From an uncultured Klebsiella sp. (lineage in GTDB: Bacteria; Chloroflexota; Chloroflexia; Chloroflexales; Roseiflexaceae), in contig CAYXXK010000009.1 of NCBI GenBank assembly GCA_964469045.1, positions 5,012 to 69,011 of the forward strand: a stretch of DNA of 64,000 nucleotides, given 5' to 3'. The first letter of the stretch is position 1. Each line of letters opens with the position of its first letter. The position numbers were made by a program, and so were the translations under genes. Shown piece after piece: positions 62,925 through 64,000 of this stretch. The notes beneath the pieces were generated by a model, which did no database searches, was not told the DNA's origin, and saw only the letters and a program-made list of their open reading frames with translations.

Positions 62925-64000
62925 ATGGATTGGCGAGCCACATCATCGGGTGCCCGACACCTGTATATTCATATTCCGTTCTGTCACCGACGCTGCTCCT
63001 ACTGCGATTTCAACACCTATGCCAACATGGAGGATCGCATCGAGGCCTATGTCGATGCACTGTGCGCCGAGTTAGCCAGTCTACCCCGCGCTACAGCCCC
63101 TGTTATCCCTCAAGCGCACCCTCACCCGCTGATGCGCGCTGATTTGCCCCCGACTATCTTCTTGGGTGGGGGCACGCCCAGCATGTTGCCACTGCATTTG
63201 ATGGAGCGCGTTTTACAGGCAGCCGATGCTGTCGTGCCTTTTGCCGGCGCCGAGGTCACCGTCGAATGCAACCCAGGCACAGTACTCGGCCGCGATTATT
63301 TGCGCCAAATCCGGGCCATGGGCGTCAATCGCATCAGCATGGGCGTCCAAAGCTTGCACGACCCACTCCTGCGCATGCTCGGGCGCATCCACACGGCAGA
63401 CGAGGCCAAAGCGAGTTATCTCGATGCGCGCGCTGCGGGATTTGATTCGGTCAACCTCGACTTTATCTTTGGCCTGCCCGGCCAAACCATCGCCGACTGG
63501 CAAACCACGCTCCACCAGGCCGTGCAATGGGATGTCGACCACTTTGCGATTTACTCGCTCATCCTCGAAGAGAGCACGCCGCTCTACGCCCAAGTCATGG
63601 GTGGGCGCCTCAGCGTGCCCGATGACGACATCACCGGTCAAATGTACGAATACACCATGGAGTACCTGGCCACCCAAGGCTATCACCAATACGAAATTTC
63701 AAACTGGGGGCGTGGCACCGCCGGCATCGGCGGTCTCCCCAAACACACTGGCCTGCACAACGTCGCCTATTGGCTCAACGCCGATTACCACGCTGCCGGA
63801 TCCGGCGCCCACGGGCATCTCGACAATCAGCGCTTTGTGGTGCGTCTCGGTGTCGACGACTATATCAATCATGCCGGGCATGGTCAATCCCCCTTGCAGT
63901 CGACAACACCTCTCACCCAAGCCGATCAACTCGCTGAGACGATGATGATGGGGCTCCGTCTCAACCAAGGTATCAGCTTTGCCCACATCATAGATCGCTG
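62925..64000 (+). CDS. hemW: radical SAM heme chaperone HemW (coproporphyrinogen-III-oxidase-like), 3' end outside the window
   Basis: My own translation from the ATG at 62925 (AAGGAA RBS) gives MDWRATSSGARHLYIHIPFCHRRCSYCDFNTY (CxxxCxxC radical SAM cluster), then IFLGGGTPSML and EVTVECNPG...GVNRISMGVQS. The frame stays open to the window end, so it is absent from the ORF track. Confidence 0.85.
   Translation, partial: MDWRATSSGARHLYIHIPFCHRRCSYCDFNTYANMEDRIEAYVDALCAELASLPRATAPVIPQAHPHPLMRADLPPTIFLGGGTPSMLPLHLMERVLQAADAVVPFAGAEVTVECNPGTVLGRDYLRQIRAMGVNRISMGVQSLHDPLLRMLGRIHTADEAKASYLDARAAGFDSVNLDFIFGLPGQTIADWQTTLHQAVQWDVDHFAIYSLILEESTPLYAQVMGGRLSVPDDDITGQMYEYTMEYLATQGYHQYEISNWGRGTAGIGGLPKHTGLHNVAYWLNADYHAAGSGAHGHLDNQRFVVRLGVDDYINHAGHGQSPLQSTTPLTQADQLAETMMMGLRLNQGISFAHIIDR

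Noticed and set aside
62906-62925. The GTG at 62906 as the start of the TrmJ-like gene.
   Set aside because: It would leave only 18 nt for two divergent promoters and the hemW RBS. It would also add about 33 residues not seen in TrmJ-type N-termini. The internal GTG at 62807, with GAGGGA upstream, is preferred, although it is unverified.
1-64000. Search for mobile elements, CRISPR arrays, rRNA, retrons/reverse transcriptases and restriction-modification genes.
   Set aside because: I recognised no transposase, integrase, recombinase, reverse transcriptase, Cas, DNA methyltransferase or rRNA-like sequence by eye. An HMM or Rfam scan would be needed to exclude degenerate copies.

Overview
This 64 kb window reads as a chromosomal segment from a moderately GC-rich bacterium. 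It is probably Chloroflexota, possibly Herpetosiphon-like; that guess rests only on protein style (Thr/Pro-rich linkers, giant secreted multidomain proteins, a caa3 oxidase) and I could not test it. I support about 60 protein-coding genes, mostly on the minus strand, one tRNA-Arg(UCG), and a set of hairpin/T-tract terminators. I saw no rRNA, CRISPR array, transposase, integrase or prophage genes.

Housekeeping genes:
- OmpR-type response regulator
- primary sigma factor
- polyprenyl synthase
- caa3 cytochrome oxidase operon (coxII-cyt c, coxI, coxIII, coxIV) with ctaG and nudC
- hisB, a lone sucD, proC-glyA, a trmJ-like gene, and hemW (runs off the 3' edge)

Carbohydrate genes:
- GH116-like glucosidase
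- MalQ
- a clan GH-A glycosidase
- an enolase-superfamily dehydratase with eda and kdgK

Accessory content:
- Two very large secreted proteins: an M60-like peptidase with lectin, PA14 and discoidin domains, and a 1507-aa HExxH/LamG protein.
- A low-GC STAND NTPase-TPR gene with a small partner, next to the tRNA.
- An orphan HerA-like ATPase.

The best candidate for an undescribed system is the minus-strand cluster at about 39.9-45.9 kb. It contains:
- a Swt1-like HEPN / coiled-coil / TM protein
- RmuC
- a terminator-bounded two-gene unit: a HEPN-like 351-aa protein plus a zinc-ribbon 2-TM protein
- a bacterial-type PARG (intact GGG-X7-QEE) preceded by an unrecognisable 164-aa partner

All family calls come from motif recognition by eye. 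No database search, structure prediction or statistics were run. Start codons were refined by looking for RBS-like purine tracts and remain provisional.
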